From Octopus bimaculoides (lineage: Eukaryota): a stretch of DNA of 32,410 nucleotides. The translations under genes and the position numbers were made by a program. The DNA lies in contig NC_068981.1 of assembly GCF_001194135.2 (NCBI RefSeq), forward strand, positions 36,918,402-36,950,811, read 5' to 3'. Below are positions 11,975 through 23,053 of this stretch, piece after piece (the first letter of the stretch is position 1; every line of letters starts with the position of its first letter). A model generated the notes under the pieces. It was not told the origin of the DNA, made no database searches, and worked only from the letters and a program-made list of their open reading frames with translations.

Positions 11975-12345
11975 GTTTATACAAGTTTATTGTTCGAGTA
12001 GGAAGCTACGAAATTCTTACATTCTCTAGATTTTCTCTGATTCAGACAACTTCATGGTCCCAGCAGACGAAATGGAAAAGGTATTGCCTCGGAGGATAGT
12101 TAGGGAAATGCGCTGGAACAGCCACTCTGACGCACGGGGCTCGAACTTGCGGATGGCCATCTCCGCCCCGATAATGGTGAGCAGGGATATGGTCCGGGGG
12201 CCAAGAACACCGGAGGTCTTCACTACTATAGGCTCGACCATAAACCCGTCAGAAAGCGACTGATACTTTGATAGTTTGCTTTTTTCAGCCCGACGAGCAA
12301 CAGAGCCTAGGATGGTAGCTGAACACATCATGATGTCGCTGGAGA
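11975..12345 (-). mobile_element. 3' fragment of an RLE-encoding non-LTR retrotransposon (CRE-like)
   Basis: Open minus frame reads GSVARRAEKSKLSKYQSLSDGFMVEPIVVKTSGVLGP...EWLFQRISLTILRGN, matching the 'A(E)xxKxxKY...P(I/V)xxETxGxxGP...LFQR(I/L)SxxxxRGN' end of the restriction-like endonuclease. Stop at 12026, short 3' UTR with AATAAA near 11985-11990. GC content is visibly higher than the flanks. Confidence 0.75.
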
Positions 12346-12727
12346 ACGTGTTACAACATAACACATTGCACATATAATTCTAAATTTCTCTCTTTTTAAC
12401 AAACACCATTAATAACTCTTGCGTCGAAGAGAAAAAAAGACAAACAATTTTGCTACTTTCCTACAGTAACAATAAAAGGAAGGTGAGTAAATTCTATAAC
12501 AGTACTTTTACCGACAGGAAATAAATGAATATCTTTCTAAATCAGGAACTTTAAGGGATAAGTTATTTGGCACCACCATTGACTATAAAAGCTGTAGACT
12601 TGTTGGCCGGAGATATTAAAAGGCTACATGGTAGAATAATTGTACTGCACGTTAGCTGTTGGTTTCTTCTTAACTAAGCAGAAATTTACCAGCGAGAAAG
12701 TCTATCTCTTCATTAATGAAATATAAC

Positions 12728-12850
12728 ATAAGCATACATACATACATACATACATACATACATACATACATACATACGTACGTACGTACATACGTAGACG
12801 TATATGCATGTGCGTGTGTGTATATATACATCTCTCTCTCTCTCTCTGTA
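12728..12850. repeat. (TACA)n/(TACG)n/(TC)n microsatellite block
   Basis: Directly visible. Confidence 0.92.
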
Positions 12851-12989
12851 TATGTGTGTGTATTTGTGTGTATTTGTAGGTAAGTGTTGTGAGTGTAAGC
12901 ATGCATATGTCTCTTGCCGCATGAGTATAGGAGGAGGAATTGTGTGCATGCGTTTGAAAGTAGGATACGAAAGGACGTGGCAGAGTGCG

Positions 12990-13480
12990 CTGGGTACGTG
13001 CATCTGAATTTGAATGTGTTTGTGGGGGTGGGGTATCGACAGAGTCCATCGACGAAGGAAGTGTAAATGCGCTGTATTGATATATGTTCAAGTGTGTGTA
13101 GGTTTATGAGTTTAGATTGGATAAATGTGCGCGTAGAATTTTCTGCGTATATGCAAGGAAGTTAGAGAATATGTGGTGCAATGTAGGCGTAAAATGTTGG
13201 GTAGTCAAATGAATTTAAGACAGGGAAAAGAAATATTGTAGAAAATCGAGGTGCTACTCCTTCTGGAAGTGAAAACCGGAAGCTCTGAGGTTTGAAAACA
13301 AGTCGAGCACTATATAGAAGACGGTACGTATAAGTTCTCAACTAGATTCTGAGCATAACTGTCAGTGGCCTGTATTTAGTGTGTTATTTTCTCGGCAATA
13401 GGTCGATGGATGATTACCTAGTCCGATTTTGTTTAAAATTTTTCTTGGCAAATATAACGCAGACTATGTGGTCAAGAACT
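12990..13480 (-). mobile_element. Possible PLE 5'/N-terminal remnant
   Basis: Minus frame reads VLDLFSNLRASGFHFQKE*HLDF...LAYTQKILRAHLSNL. It has the H/F/L-rich composition seen in the other putative PLE N-terminal fragments here. Weak. Confidence 0.25.
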
Positions 13481-13649
13481 TCATATATATATATATATAT
13501 ATATATANNNNNNNNNNNNNNNNNNNNNNNNNNNNNNNNNNNNNNNNNNNNNNNNNNNNNNNNNNNNNNNNNNNNNNNNNNNNNNNNNNNNNNNNNNNNN
13601 NNNNNNNNNNNNNNNNNNNNNNNNNNNNNNNNNNNNNNNNNNNNNNNNN

Positions 13650-13846
13650 GTTTAGTTAAGATAAAATAAAAATTGTCCAAACTGAAACATATATTGATAT
13701 ATTAGAGATATAAAAATATATAGAAATATAAAAATAAAAAATAGAAATTTGAAAATATATATTTTTACATTGCTATATATTTTTATATCTCTAATATATC
13801 AATATATGTTTCAGTTTGGACAATTTTTATTTTATCGTAACTAAAC
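13650..13846. repeat. Long inverted repeat: 74-bp arms (13650-13723 / 13773-13846), 1 mismatch, 49-bp spacer
   Basis: Manual reverse-complement comparison. The left arm abuts the 13508-13649 gap. Confidence 0.9.
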
Positions 13847-13921
13847 CCGTTTATGTAAGTATTAATCGTGGCCTGCCTGATTTGAACTTTTCTACTACGT
13901 TTTTAACAGAATATAATATAA

Positions 13922-13986
<65 letters not shown>

Positions 13987-14233
13987 CACATACACACACA
14001 TATATATATGCACACATACATACACGCACACACATATGTATAAATATATATGTATATATATGATAAACTTACTTGGAAATGGATGTGTGACGTTCAATCA
14101 TATAATAATATAAATAAATAAATATACATATGCATATATTCATATGTACATACATATATATGCATATATATATATATAAATACACACACACACACACACA
14201 CGCACACACACATATATGTATATATAATATATA

Positions 14234-14436
14234 TATATGCATATATGGGTACAGGACGCCACAAAATGTAAACAACATGAAATACGAAAACAACATTACA
14301 TTTTGCTCGAAATGAGTAGTAGATAGACAGCCGACAACTTGTCTTGTTTCCCATTTGTTTCTCTCGTTGTTCGCATACCCAGGTTTGTTTTCGTATTTCA
14401 TGTAGTTTACGTTTTGTGACGTCCTGCACCCATATA

Positions 14437-14445
<9 letters not shown>
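14234..14445. mobile_element. PLE pseudo-LTR-like repeat in foldback configuration (about 60-bp inverted arms, 4 mismatches)
   Basis: 14234-14293 is the reverse complement of about 14385-14445. Segment 14315-14440 is homologous to 31527-31718 (GTAGATA..ACAG..GACAACT; TCCTG(C/T)ACCCATA). Confidence 0.65.
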
Positions 14446-14500
<55 letters not shown>

Positions 14501-14772
14501 TATATGTATGTACATATGTGTATGTATATATGCATACACAATTATATTTTATTTATATTTGTATGTATATACACACTTATGTACATATATATTTTTGTGT
14601 GCCTGTGTGTGGTGTGTGTGAGTGTGAGTGTATGTGTATATGTGCATGTGAGAGTGTATGTGTGTGTGTGTTTATGTGTGTATGTGTATGTAGTCTAAAG
14701 ACAAGAAGCACAAAAATGAACAACATGCGAAGAAAATGACGTGTTAGTTTAACATTTGAGAGTTTGAAGTTA

Positions 14773-14812
14773 GTATCCTAGCGTTTCGGACATTAACGCT
14801 TCATCAAAGAAA
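14773..14812 (-). ncRNA. Degenerate minimal hammerhead-ribozyme-like motif
   Basis: Minus strand reads TTTC-TTTGATGA-AGCGTTAATGTCC-GAAAC-GC-TA-GGATA. C3 is substituted and one G of the GCGTA stem III is missing. Confidence 0.45.
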
Positions 14813-15070
14813 AAGAATTTAGGGAAAGTGAAAGAAGGAGAAATAATGAGACTGAGTGTACGAATACAAGTTACAAAATAACAAGGGTATTTAAAAATAA
14901 CAATTATAAATCAATAAAGATGGATGTGGGAGAAAAGGGAGTGATTAGAAAACAGGGGAAATGCTGTTCTATGAAGTGAGTGAAGAAGGTAGGAAGAGTC
15001 GGATATGTTGATGCATTTGCAAGAATATATATATATATAAGATCGGAANNNNNNNNNNNNNNNNNNNNNN

Positions 15071-15110
<40 letters not shown>

Positions 15111-15229
15111 TAGAATCGGATATATAGAGGAAGGGTGTGTGCGTATATGTATGGTGTATGTATGCATATGTGTGGTATATGTATGCATACAAATGTGTGC
15201 AAGTATAGAAGCAAAGTGATGCTGGATAG

Positions 15230-15900
15230 TTGAGGGGGGATATTAGACTGTGTTTAGTTCTTTGTTGGGAAATGTTAGTGCGTATGTGAGGATGTGAGAG
15301 CGTACATGTGTGTAGAGAGGAAATAAAAGTGTTGAAGAAGCTCGTGGAATGGTGGTAGCAAGAATAGAAGTGCTGTTTACGTGTGTAATTGTATAAACAA
15401 GAGCATGTAGGGATAGAAAACTAATTTTTTTTCTCAGGCGTACAAGTGGGATACATTTGACAATGAGGACGAGGAATTTTAGGAGTTTAAATTCAGAATT
15501 GAAAAGAAAAGTCCGAAAAATCTAAAAAAAAAAAAAAAAAATCAAAGAAATAGATAAACATGGCCGAGAAATTGTTTAAAAAATTGTCCAGAAGACGGTA
15601 AAAAAAATTTTTTTTAAGCATCCGGGCACATTCTAAGAAGATAGTTGCCAGAAGGTGAAAAAGTGAGACAATGTTATTCTGCAAAAACGAGAAATTACTG
15701 ACGGAAGTGGGAAAGGGGGGCAAAAGTGAATTTTTAAGGGAAAAGTGGACACAAAGGTGAAAGAAGTGGAGGAATGTGAGAATAGGTACATGTATGGGGT
15801 CTGCCGGCTATAAAGTGAGGAGCAGTCACGCAGAAGTGACAGGTGGGTGGAGAAGGGACTGATTGTTTAAGTATCAGAAAGGGAAATCTAAAGTATAGAA
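15230..15900 (-). mobile_element. Possible PLE 5'/N-terminal remnant
   Basis: Minus ORF 15493-15723 (NFSFLQNNIVSLFHLLATIFLECARMLKK) and neighbouring H/F-rich frames. It lies upstream of, and in the same orientation as, the ribozyme-like motif at 14773-14812. Confidence 0.25.
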
Positions 15901-15929
15901 CATGTTCAAGAGTGACAATCAGTGTGCAA

Positions 15930-15966
<37 letters not shown>

Positions 15967-16204
15967 CGTGTATGCGTTCGTATATCAGAGTACGTAAGTG
16001 TGTATGCCTGAATACTGGTGAGTGTGTTTTTCAAAGGTACAAAATGGCAGAGGAATAGAGAAGTGCGGTTGAGCACATGCATCAATAGTCTGAGTGACAA
16101 AGAGTGGAAAAATATGTAGGACGGGGTACAGTTTTTTTTGTTGTTGTTGACAAAAACAACACTATGAACTATTTATAGTTCTTAAATCTGACGGAAAGAA
16201 ACCA

Positions 16205-16280
16205 GGAGCACGTTGATGTAATGGTAACACACTTGTCACGAAAACAAAGAGATGTAATTTCGAGTTCCATGCTTACAGAA
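16205..16280 (+). mobile_element. Degenerate tRNA-like/SINE head
   Basis: TGATGTAATGG is A-box-like, CTTGT-CACGAAA-ACAAAG is anticodon-arm-like, and TTCGAGTTCC is B-box-like. Confidence 0.35.
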
Positions 16281-16536
16281 AACCCTACTTTTATCGTGGA
16301 GGGCTTATACGCTCCAATATTTGACTATTTTCTTTAGTCATTACACGGTAATTGCTTATAAGTTTTAAGCTTATAAAATGTTATTATTTACAGAATTGTA
16401 AAAATCGACACTGCTTATAAAAAAAAAAACTAATCTAACACACACACGTATATGCGGGCATATATATACACACACACATATATATGTATATATGTGTGTG
16501 TGTATGTATGTATGTATGTATGTATGTATATATCAA

Positions 16537-16754
16537 TGTGTGTGTGTCTGTGTTTGTCTCCCCATCACTGCTTGACAACTGGCGTTGGTGTATTTACGCC
16601 CCCGTAACTTAAGAGTTCGGCGAAAAAGACCGATAGAATAAGTACTAGGCTTTAGAATATAAGTCCTGGGGTCGATTTGTTCGACTAAAACCCTCCAAAG
16701 CGGTGATCCAGCATGGCCGCAGTCAAATGACCGAAACAAGTAAAAGAATAAAAG

Positions 16755-16758
<4 letters not shown>
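16537..16758 (+). mobile_element. tRNA-derived SINE, 3' half (cephalopod-type family)
   Basis: Homologous to 20370-20590 and to the reverse complement of 25981-26180: GCTTGACAAC..GTAACTTA..GGGGTCGATTTG..CAGCATGGCCGCAGTCAAATGAC.GAAACAAGTAAAAGAATA, ending in (TA)n. Confidence 0.85.

Positions 16759-16814
<56 letters not shown>
16759..16814. repeat. (TA)n microsatellite
   Basis: Directly visible. Confidence 0.97.
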
Positions 16815-16817
<3 letters not shown>

Positions 16818-17178
16818 GTTAATTAGAGGATATAGTAACCTCGTAAAGGGGTGGTTACATCCAAAGAAGTACTGGTTCAATATCTAGTATTATTGGGGAA
16901 TGAAATTCCCTTAAAACAATAGGTATATGTTAAACTGAATTAGGTACATATGTCTGCTGAAATGAACTAATAGGTCTGCATATAACATGTCAATGTATAT
17001 CTTTTTCTCTGATGAAAATATGCTCATGTCACATAAATGCAAGTTTAATGTACACATTTGTAATTGAATTATTGAGTATTAATTGAAACGGCCGTAAGAA
17101 GTAAAGATTACAAATTTGTTAATAAATAATTATTAACTTCCTACTCTCCATTTTCTCTTCTTCATTTAACTGGATATG

Positions 17179-17182
<4 letters not shown>

Positions 17183-17232
<50 letters not shown>
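17183..17232. repeat. (TG)n microsatellite
   Basis: Directly visible. Confidence 0.97.
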
Positions 17233-17234
<2 letters not shown>

Positions 17235-18363
17235 CTGAGGTCTCTGCACAGTTACTGTCTACTACTCAGATGTAAATAGTCAACACGATGAAGGACTTTC
17301 CAAGAGTGAATACAATGTAAAACTTATAAGTATAGCCACACCTCCTCCTAGAAATATATATGACGTTTATCAGTTTAGCCTACGTATTGAAAAGAACGTA
17401 ACCCACTAAGTTTTCTTCCCAAAATATAGATAAAAGTTAACCAAACTATCCAACTATATTTGGAAACAATGAATGCGGAACTAAATTCAATATCCACTGG
17501 AAACTTGTTAAACAATGTAAGCTGCATCCGATTTACGTCTGATCCGAGATTTTCAATGAATGCGCACATTTTAAGAAGTTACTTTTAACATCCTAATATA
17601 ACACAAGACGATTAGATTAAGTGGATTTATTATAGTGTGACATCGTATGAAGGCATATACACGCTAACACAATTCATTTAAATTTATTTAAACTTTTCAG
17701 ACGGTTTATATTTGACAAACTTATATATCTACGTAATGTGAGCGAGTTAATGAACCTCACAAAAATAAAATGTACCCTACAAAATTGTATTTTATGAAGA
17801 AGCATAATATAATCTCACAGAAATGACCTTGGGCTAAACAGCAACAACATTGAAATGTTGTTTACATGATGATTGCTATACAAAAATCATCTTTGATATA
17901 GGTACGAAACTTGAAGATATGAAAGGATAAGGTAATTTCAGTTACAACATGATATGTGTGTATGTGTGTATATGTATGCGTTTTATACGTTTATATTTTG
18001 AATTCCACTCGTACGTATACATATATGTGTGTGTGTGTGTTTGCATGTTTACATACAGAGGGAAAGAGAGATAGATAGATATATGTACAAGCATGTGTGT
18101 ATACATACACACACAAACACACACGCACACACACACACAAACAAACACACACACACATATATACACACACATATGCTTGTACATCTATCTATTTATGTGT
18201 GTATATATTTATATATATACACATATATACATACACATATGCTTGTACATCTATCTTTCTATGTATATATATATATATATATATGCATGTTCATCTATCT
18301 ATATACCACCCCCTCTCTCTCTCTCTCTCCCTTTGTGTGTACATAGACACACACACACATATA

Positions 18364-18634
18364 CGAGTGTAAGTCAAAATTATCTGCATTTTCAACAAAA
18401 TCTTCTTTAGGTTGGCCGCACTGCCTTCAGCGCTCGCATGCTAGAAGGTGTTCTATTATGGTTAGATAACCGTTGTTTGACCTTTCATCACACCAGTTTT
18501 CCTTCTTGTGCTATAGAGTAAACATAGCCGCTCCACTGGCAGTGTGCACAAAGGAAGAACAAAGATCAGAGATCCGGTTTCTCTCCTCTGAAGATGTCTC
18601 AAGGCCTGAAATTCCTCGTAGGTTTCCAGAACAG
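18364..18634 (+). mobile_element. Mariner DNA transposon, 5' fragment (TIR plus transposase N-terminus)
   Basis: TA followed by CGAGTGTAAGTCAAAATTATC, a mariner-type TIR. Frame (ATA)AAPLAVCTKEEQRSEIRFLSSEDVSRPEIPRR from 18524 matches the mariner N-terminal 'EQRxVIRFL..EG....EIHRR' HTH start. Truncated at about 18634. Confidence 0.78.
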
Positions 18635-18657
18635 AAACCAACTACAGAAGAAATTCA

Positions 18658-18722
18658 CGGTAGTGCTCCAGTATGATTGCAGCGGTATGGTCACATGACT
18701 GAAAAATATAAAAGAATAAAAG
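18658..18722 (+). mobile_element. SINE 3' tail fragment
   Basis: GGTAGTGCTCCAGTATGATTGCAG..ATGACTGAAA..AAAAGAATAAAAG matches the tails at 16700-16758 and 20525-20590. Confidence 0.7.
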
Positions 18723-18738
18723 TTATATACATGTATGT

Positions 18739-18893
18739 AGACGCAGACGTGACACTGTTGTAAGAAGCTTGCTTCTCAATCACATAGTTCGGATTTAGTC
18801 CCATTGTGTACTTCACTATAGTGTACTTCACTATAGCCTCGGACCGACCGAAGTCTTGTGAGTGGATTTGGTAGACGGAAACTGAAGGAAACC
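18739..18893 (+). mobile_element. tRNA-derived SINE, 5' half, with a 15-bp tandem duplication (GTGTACTTCACTATA x2)
   Basis: tRNA-like head followed by GACCGAAGTCTTGTGAGTGGATTTGGTAGACGGAAACTGAA, which is homologous to the reverse complement of about 26215-26337. Confidence 0.82.
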
Positions 18894-20323
18894 CAGGTTT
18901 ACTTGCAAAATTGTCGCGCTCACAAATTCTTAAAACTTCTTAAAACCATTGAACTAATCGATTTGAAATTTCCCATGTTTTCCAGATAAGACATCTGGCC
19001 ATACTGATACCAGTTTTTGTAAAAACCAGTCAAATACTCACTGAGATATTTAGCTAGAAAAAGAACAGGTTGAAATCGATTTGTGCCAACCTCACCATGT
19101 CTTCCCATCTGAGCTATGCTGAGAGGGCTAAGATCATCCAAGCCTTCATAATGGTACCAACATTCATTCTCTAGCTTCCGTCTTCAAGGTCCATTCCAAC
19201 CGCCAAGAGAATTGTGAATAGGTTTGAGAAAGAGAAAATAGTGGAGTGGAAAATTGGATCTGGAGGTTATAACTGCAAGAGGGATCATCATTCTAATCTG
19301 GAGCTGAGGAGATCAATCAGAAGAGTTCCAACCCAATCCATAAGACGCTTGGCACGTGAGAGAGGAGCTTCAGCTATGACAGTTCAAAGAACGGTGACAG
19401 AAGACTTGAAAATGAAATCGTACGTAAGACCGGTGAGACACCTTGTTACTCCAGGACAAAAGGTTAGAAGGTTGGAGAAGGCGAAGATCATCTTGAACAA
19501 AGTGAAACGTAATCCTGGAGTGATCTTTTACTCAGATGAGAAGAATTTCACCCAAGATAGGCACACAAATAGACACAATCGACATATAATGGCTTCAGAT
19601 CTTCACGATGTGAGCCAAAAATGTCATTTTCAGGTACAAAAACCCTGCTAAGGTGATGTTTACCTCATGTTTGAGAAGGCTGAGAGTCTGACAGATGTTT
19701 ATGTTCAGGTTTTGAAAGATGTAAAGACCTGGATTCTTTCTGAATATTCTGAGACAAGAGACGAAGGAAACTCCAACAAGATCGCTTTACACACAAGTGC
19801 AGTGGCTCAAAAGCATCTGGAACGAACTGGTCAGAAAAGCTTGTGAGAAGCCCCACAGTAAGCTGCAAGTCCTCAAAAGCTCTATCCGTGAGGTGTGAGA
19901 GGAGGACAGGGATGAGGAATTCAGTAAAATGCTTATGGTGCAGTCAAGAAGAGGGTTGAATAGATCATTGCTAAAAGAGGAGCAACTCTTGATGTCTAAC
20001 AGGTAAGGTTTTGGCCAGAATTTTCTCTGACACTTTGAAATAAAACTTAAAGCTTCCATTCGAACTTCATTCCAATCCTTTATGTGCTCCCAATTCTGAG
20101 CTATAGTTGATTTTCTATGAAATTGTAATTTTTGTCCATGATCAATTTCATCACGATTCTTCTGGTGAGCTTGGGAGATAATCAACATTTTTCTTGCGCA
20201 AAGTAGAGCCCAATAGTGTTAGAAAAACCTCTGTTAATTCCATAAAGTTATCTTTAAGCATTCCTGAGATACCAACGTTCGAAGTTGAATCTAAAATTTG
20301 GACAATTTTGCTGTTACACTCGG
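18892..20323 (+). mobile_element. Tc1/mariner (maT/DD37D-like) transposon with decayed, internally deleted transposase (about 19097-19999)
   Basis: Frame gives SIRRLARERGASAMTVQRTVTEDLKMKSY..IFYSDEKNFTQD (HTH plus first D), then LQQDRFTH (second D), then CEKPHSKLQVLKSSI and VKKRVE*IIAKRG at the C-terminus. The WPPxSPDLNP block is missing. Imperfect TIRs share GCAAAATTGTC (18905-18915 / 20301-20311). TA follows the right end. Confidence 0.85.
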
Positions 20324-20586
20324 TATGTATGTGTGCATGCGCGCGCGCGTACGTACTCGTGTGTGTGTGTGCGCGCCTGTGTGTCTGTGTTTGATCCGTC
20401 CCCCACCACCGCCGCCGCTTGATAACCTGTGTTGCGGCGTTTACGTCTCCGTAACTTAGTGGTTCGTAGGTATTAGGCTTAAAAAGATGTACCGGGTCGA
20501 TTTGTCCGACCCAAACCTTTCAAAGCGGTGCCCCAGTATGACCGCAGTCAAATGACTGAAACAAATGAGAAAAAAAAAGATAAAAG

Positions 20587-20590
<4 letters not shown>
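20324..20590 (+). mobile_element. tRNA-derived SINE, 3' half
   Basis: (TG)n-like middle followed by GCTTGATAACC..GTAACTTAG..GGGTCGATTTG..GCGGTGCCCCAGTATGACCGCAGTCAAATGACTGAAAC and an A-rich/(TA)n tail. Confidence 0.85.
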
Positions 20591-20618
<28 letters not shown>

Positions 20619-21062
20619 TGTAAGGGGATAAGTACACAGGCTTAGTCACATGCTAAAAGAAGACGCCAAATGGTTCTAAGCTACCTTAAGTATAACATAA
20701 ACACGAAATCAGGGGGAATAAACGAAAAAGATTCATGAAAAGGTTCAATTACATATCAATTGATTTAAGGATTATCGAGTTAGGAAACAGAGAGATCTAA
20801 TGGATACAAATTAATTAATTAATTAATTAATATGAATATGTTGAGTAATTAATAAATTACATATGGTGAATATGTTAGATAATTAATAAATTAATCTGTA
20901 TCCATTAGTTCTCTCTGTTTTCTTAGTCGATAATAATGTTTGATATTTTACAATATTTTATATAATATATTCATTGAAAAAATCTCTCTTCCAAATATAA
21001 TATATTAAGCCACTGTATCTTGGACAAAATATCCCTATAAGAAGTTTGAATATTCTCATTTT

Positions 21063-21113
<51 letters not shown>

Positions 21114-23040
21114 TACATACATACATACGTACATGCATACAAACATGCATATATATATATTAGCGTGTCAGGGACATCGTATCGCGCAAACAATTCGTAT
21201 AAGAACTTTATAGTTGTTTTAGATGTTGGTCTAAAGCACTTACAAACCTCCGGTCACTTAGCACAGCTATCTACTACGATTAAGTAGTAAGCGCCATTTA
21301 CCGGACTGGCATAGTCAGTGTGTAACCTAGACCATGGGTTCTCCGTCTTTGTCCATGATTGCTATTTTACTGGTGGGGCTTTGGCCGCGAACGCACAATC
21401 TCAGCACGTTCTCACCAAGTTTTCGATGTCTCAGTCCATAGACGGCCAATTGGCATAACTCCTCATCAGAGCTTTCAACCTTGCCATTTCTGGATGTTCG
21501 CTGTGAAATTGTTGCAATACACCTTTTTGTAATGTAGTTGGAACCACCACTATTTGGGCATACATCAGAATATCGTCGCAAATTGAAAAAACTACTGGCA
21601 TCTGAAGTTTTATTCTGTTTATTTTTCAAAGCTTCTTTTATTTTCGTAGTATACTCCTCACCTACAGATTTCATTCTTATATCCTGTGCCATCACTGGTG
21701 GTTCTTGACTAACGTTCGTCATAACACTTTTAATTTCACTTTCTACCTACAGTGCGGCTATAGCAGTCTCTTCTAGAGGTTCCATATTTTTGGAAATTTA
21801 TCTCGAAAGGCAGTCCGCATGACCGATTCTTTCCACAAATCGACAAGTAAGGTCTATAGTTTGTCCAACTCTTTATTTACGGTTTCAATTGCCGCGAACG
21901 GTACTTTTCTGTTTGCTTTAAATACAGGTACAGCGTTTTCACTAACTTGGAAATAAGCTTCCATCTTTCTACATAGTTCTAAATCTCCTGATAACACTTG
22001 CGGGAACATTTTCGAGATATCGCTACCTGTATCTAACTGCAATTTGGTATTCACCTCATTTATATTTACGTGCACAAATTTTCTTGTTTTCCCGTCGCAA
22101 TCACTTTACTCTGGAAACACCTTAGAACTTTTTTGTGCTTGAGCCTCGTAGTCTTGTTCTACAATGTGTACCAACTTCTGACAACTATAGCACTTTTTGT
22201 TTTTAAACGGACCAAATTGTTTATAGTGTAGGCCTCCGCAACCATTATACGGATTGGAGCCTGACACTTTTGTTGATTGTGCTTCTCAGGACGACACATT
22301 TGAATTTTTGCAGAGTCTTTATCTTGTATTTTTTTCACATCATGTTTAAGATTTACCATAGTCTGACATTCTGCGATGATATGCAGAGATAAATCCTGGT
22401 TCGCTTGCTCCATTTTCGAGAGAATCCTTGCTCTAATTTCTCTATCTTCTGGTGCTATAAGTCCTGGCACGAAGATAAGTGATTTGAACATTTCCTGAAT
22501 GAGATCCTGCAGTTTGAAATTTTCGCACATGCAGTTGACTACTCCGGCGTAGGTTATAAAATTATCCTCCTCATTTTTTCTTAAGTTCCAGCACTCCAGT
22601 TGTTGTTGAATGATGAACTTCTATCACAAAAAAATTTTGAAAGCAGTTGCACGGTTTCTTGGAAACCAATCTCACTATTTTAGGCAGAATAAAGTTACAG
22701 TAACGCTCATGTTCGGTAGGAGCTACCTTGTGTAGTAAAAACCTTACTTTCTACGCTCCCAGCCATGACTTGCACTCGTTGTTAAAACTTTCCTCGTATC
22801 TTCTACGCAGGAAACGTCATGCTCTCCTCCGGATTATAGGTAAATTCAGAAGTTGCGTTAGCCACGCCGTCTGGCGTAATCGAGCTGACTGAATTTTCGG
22901 ACTTCGCTGACTGTAACTCAGTTAATTGTTGTTATTGTATTTATTTTTGCAATCCTGTAATTGTTCTTGTTGCTTCTCTTGTAACTGTACTACTGTGGCT
23001 AATAGGTTTTCCATGATGCAGAAATTGTCAAATAACCAAT

Positions 23041-23052
23041 CCTAGTCGCCAA
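23041..23052 (-). promoter_or_regulatory. tRNA primer-binding site TTGGCGACTAGG
   Basis: TGG-initiated PBS immediately after the LTR end and before the gag ATG (about 22996). Confidence 0.75.
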
Positions 23053-23053
23053 A

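Noticed and set aside
20326-20385. Z-DNA-prone alternating purine-pyrimidine tract with a (CG)n run
   Set aside because: It is the ordinary microsatellite middle of the SINE, and similar tracts are common throughout the window.
20800-20900. (TTAA)n and AT-rich repeated motifs as a regulatory array
   Set aside because: Indistinguishable from low-complexity slippage products.
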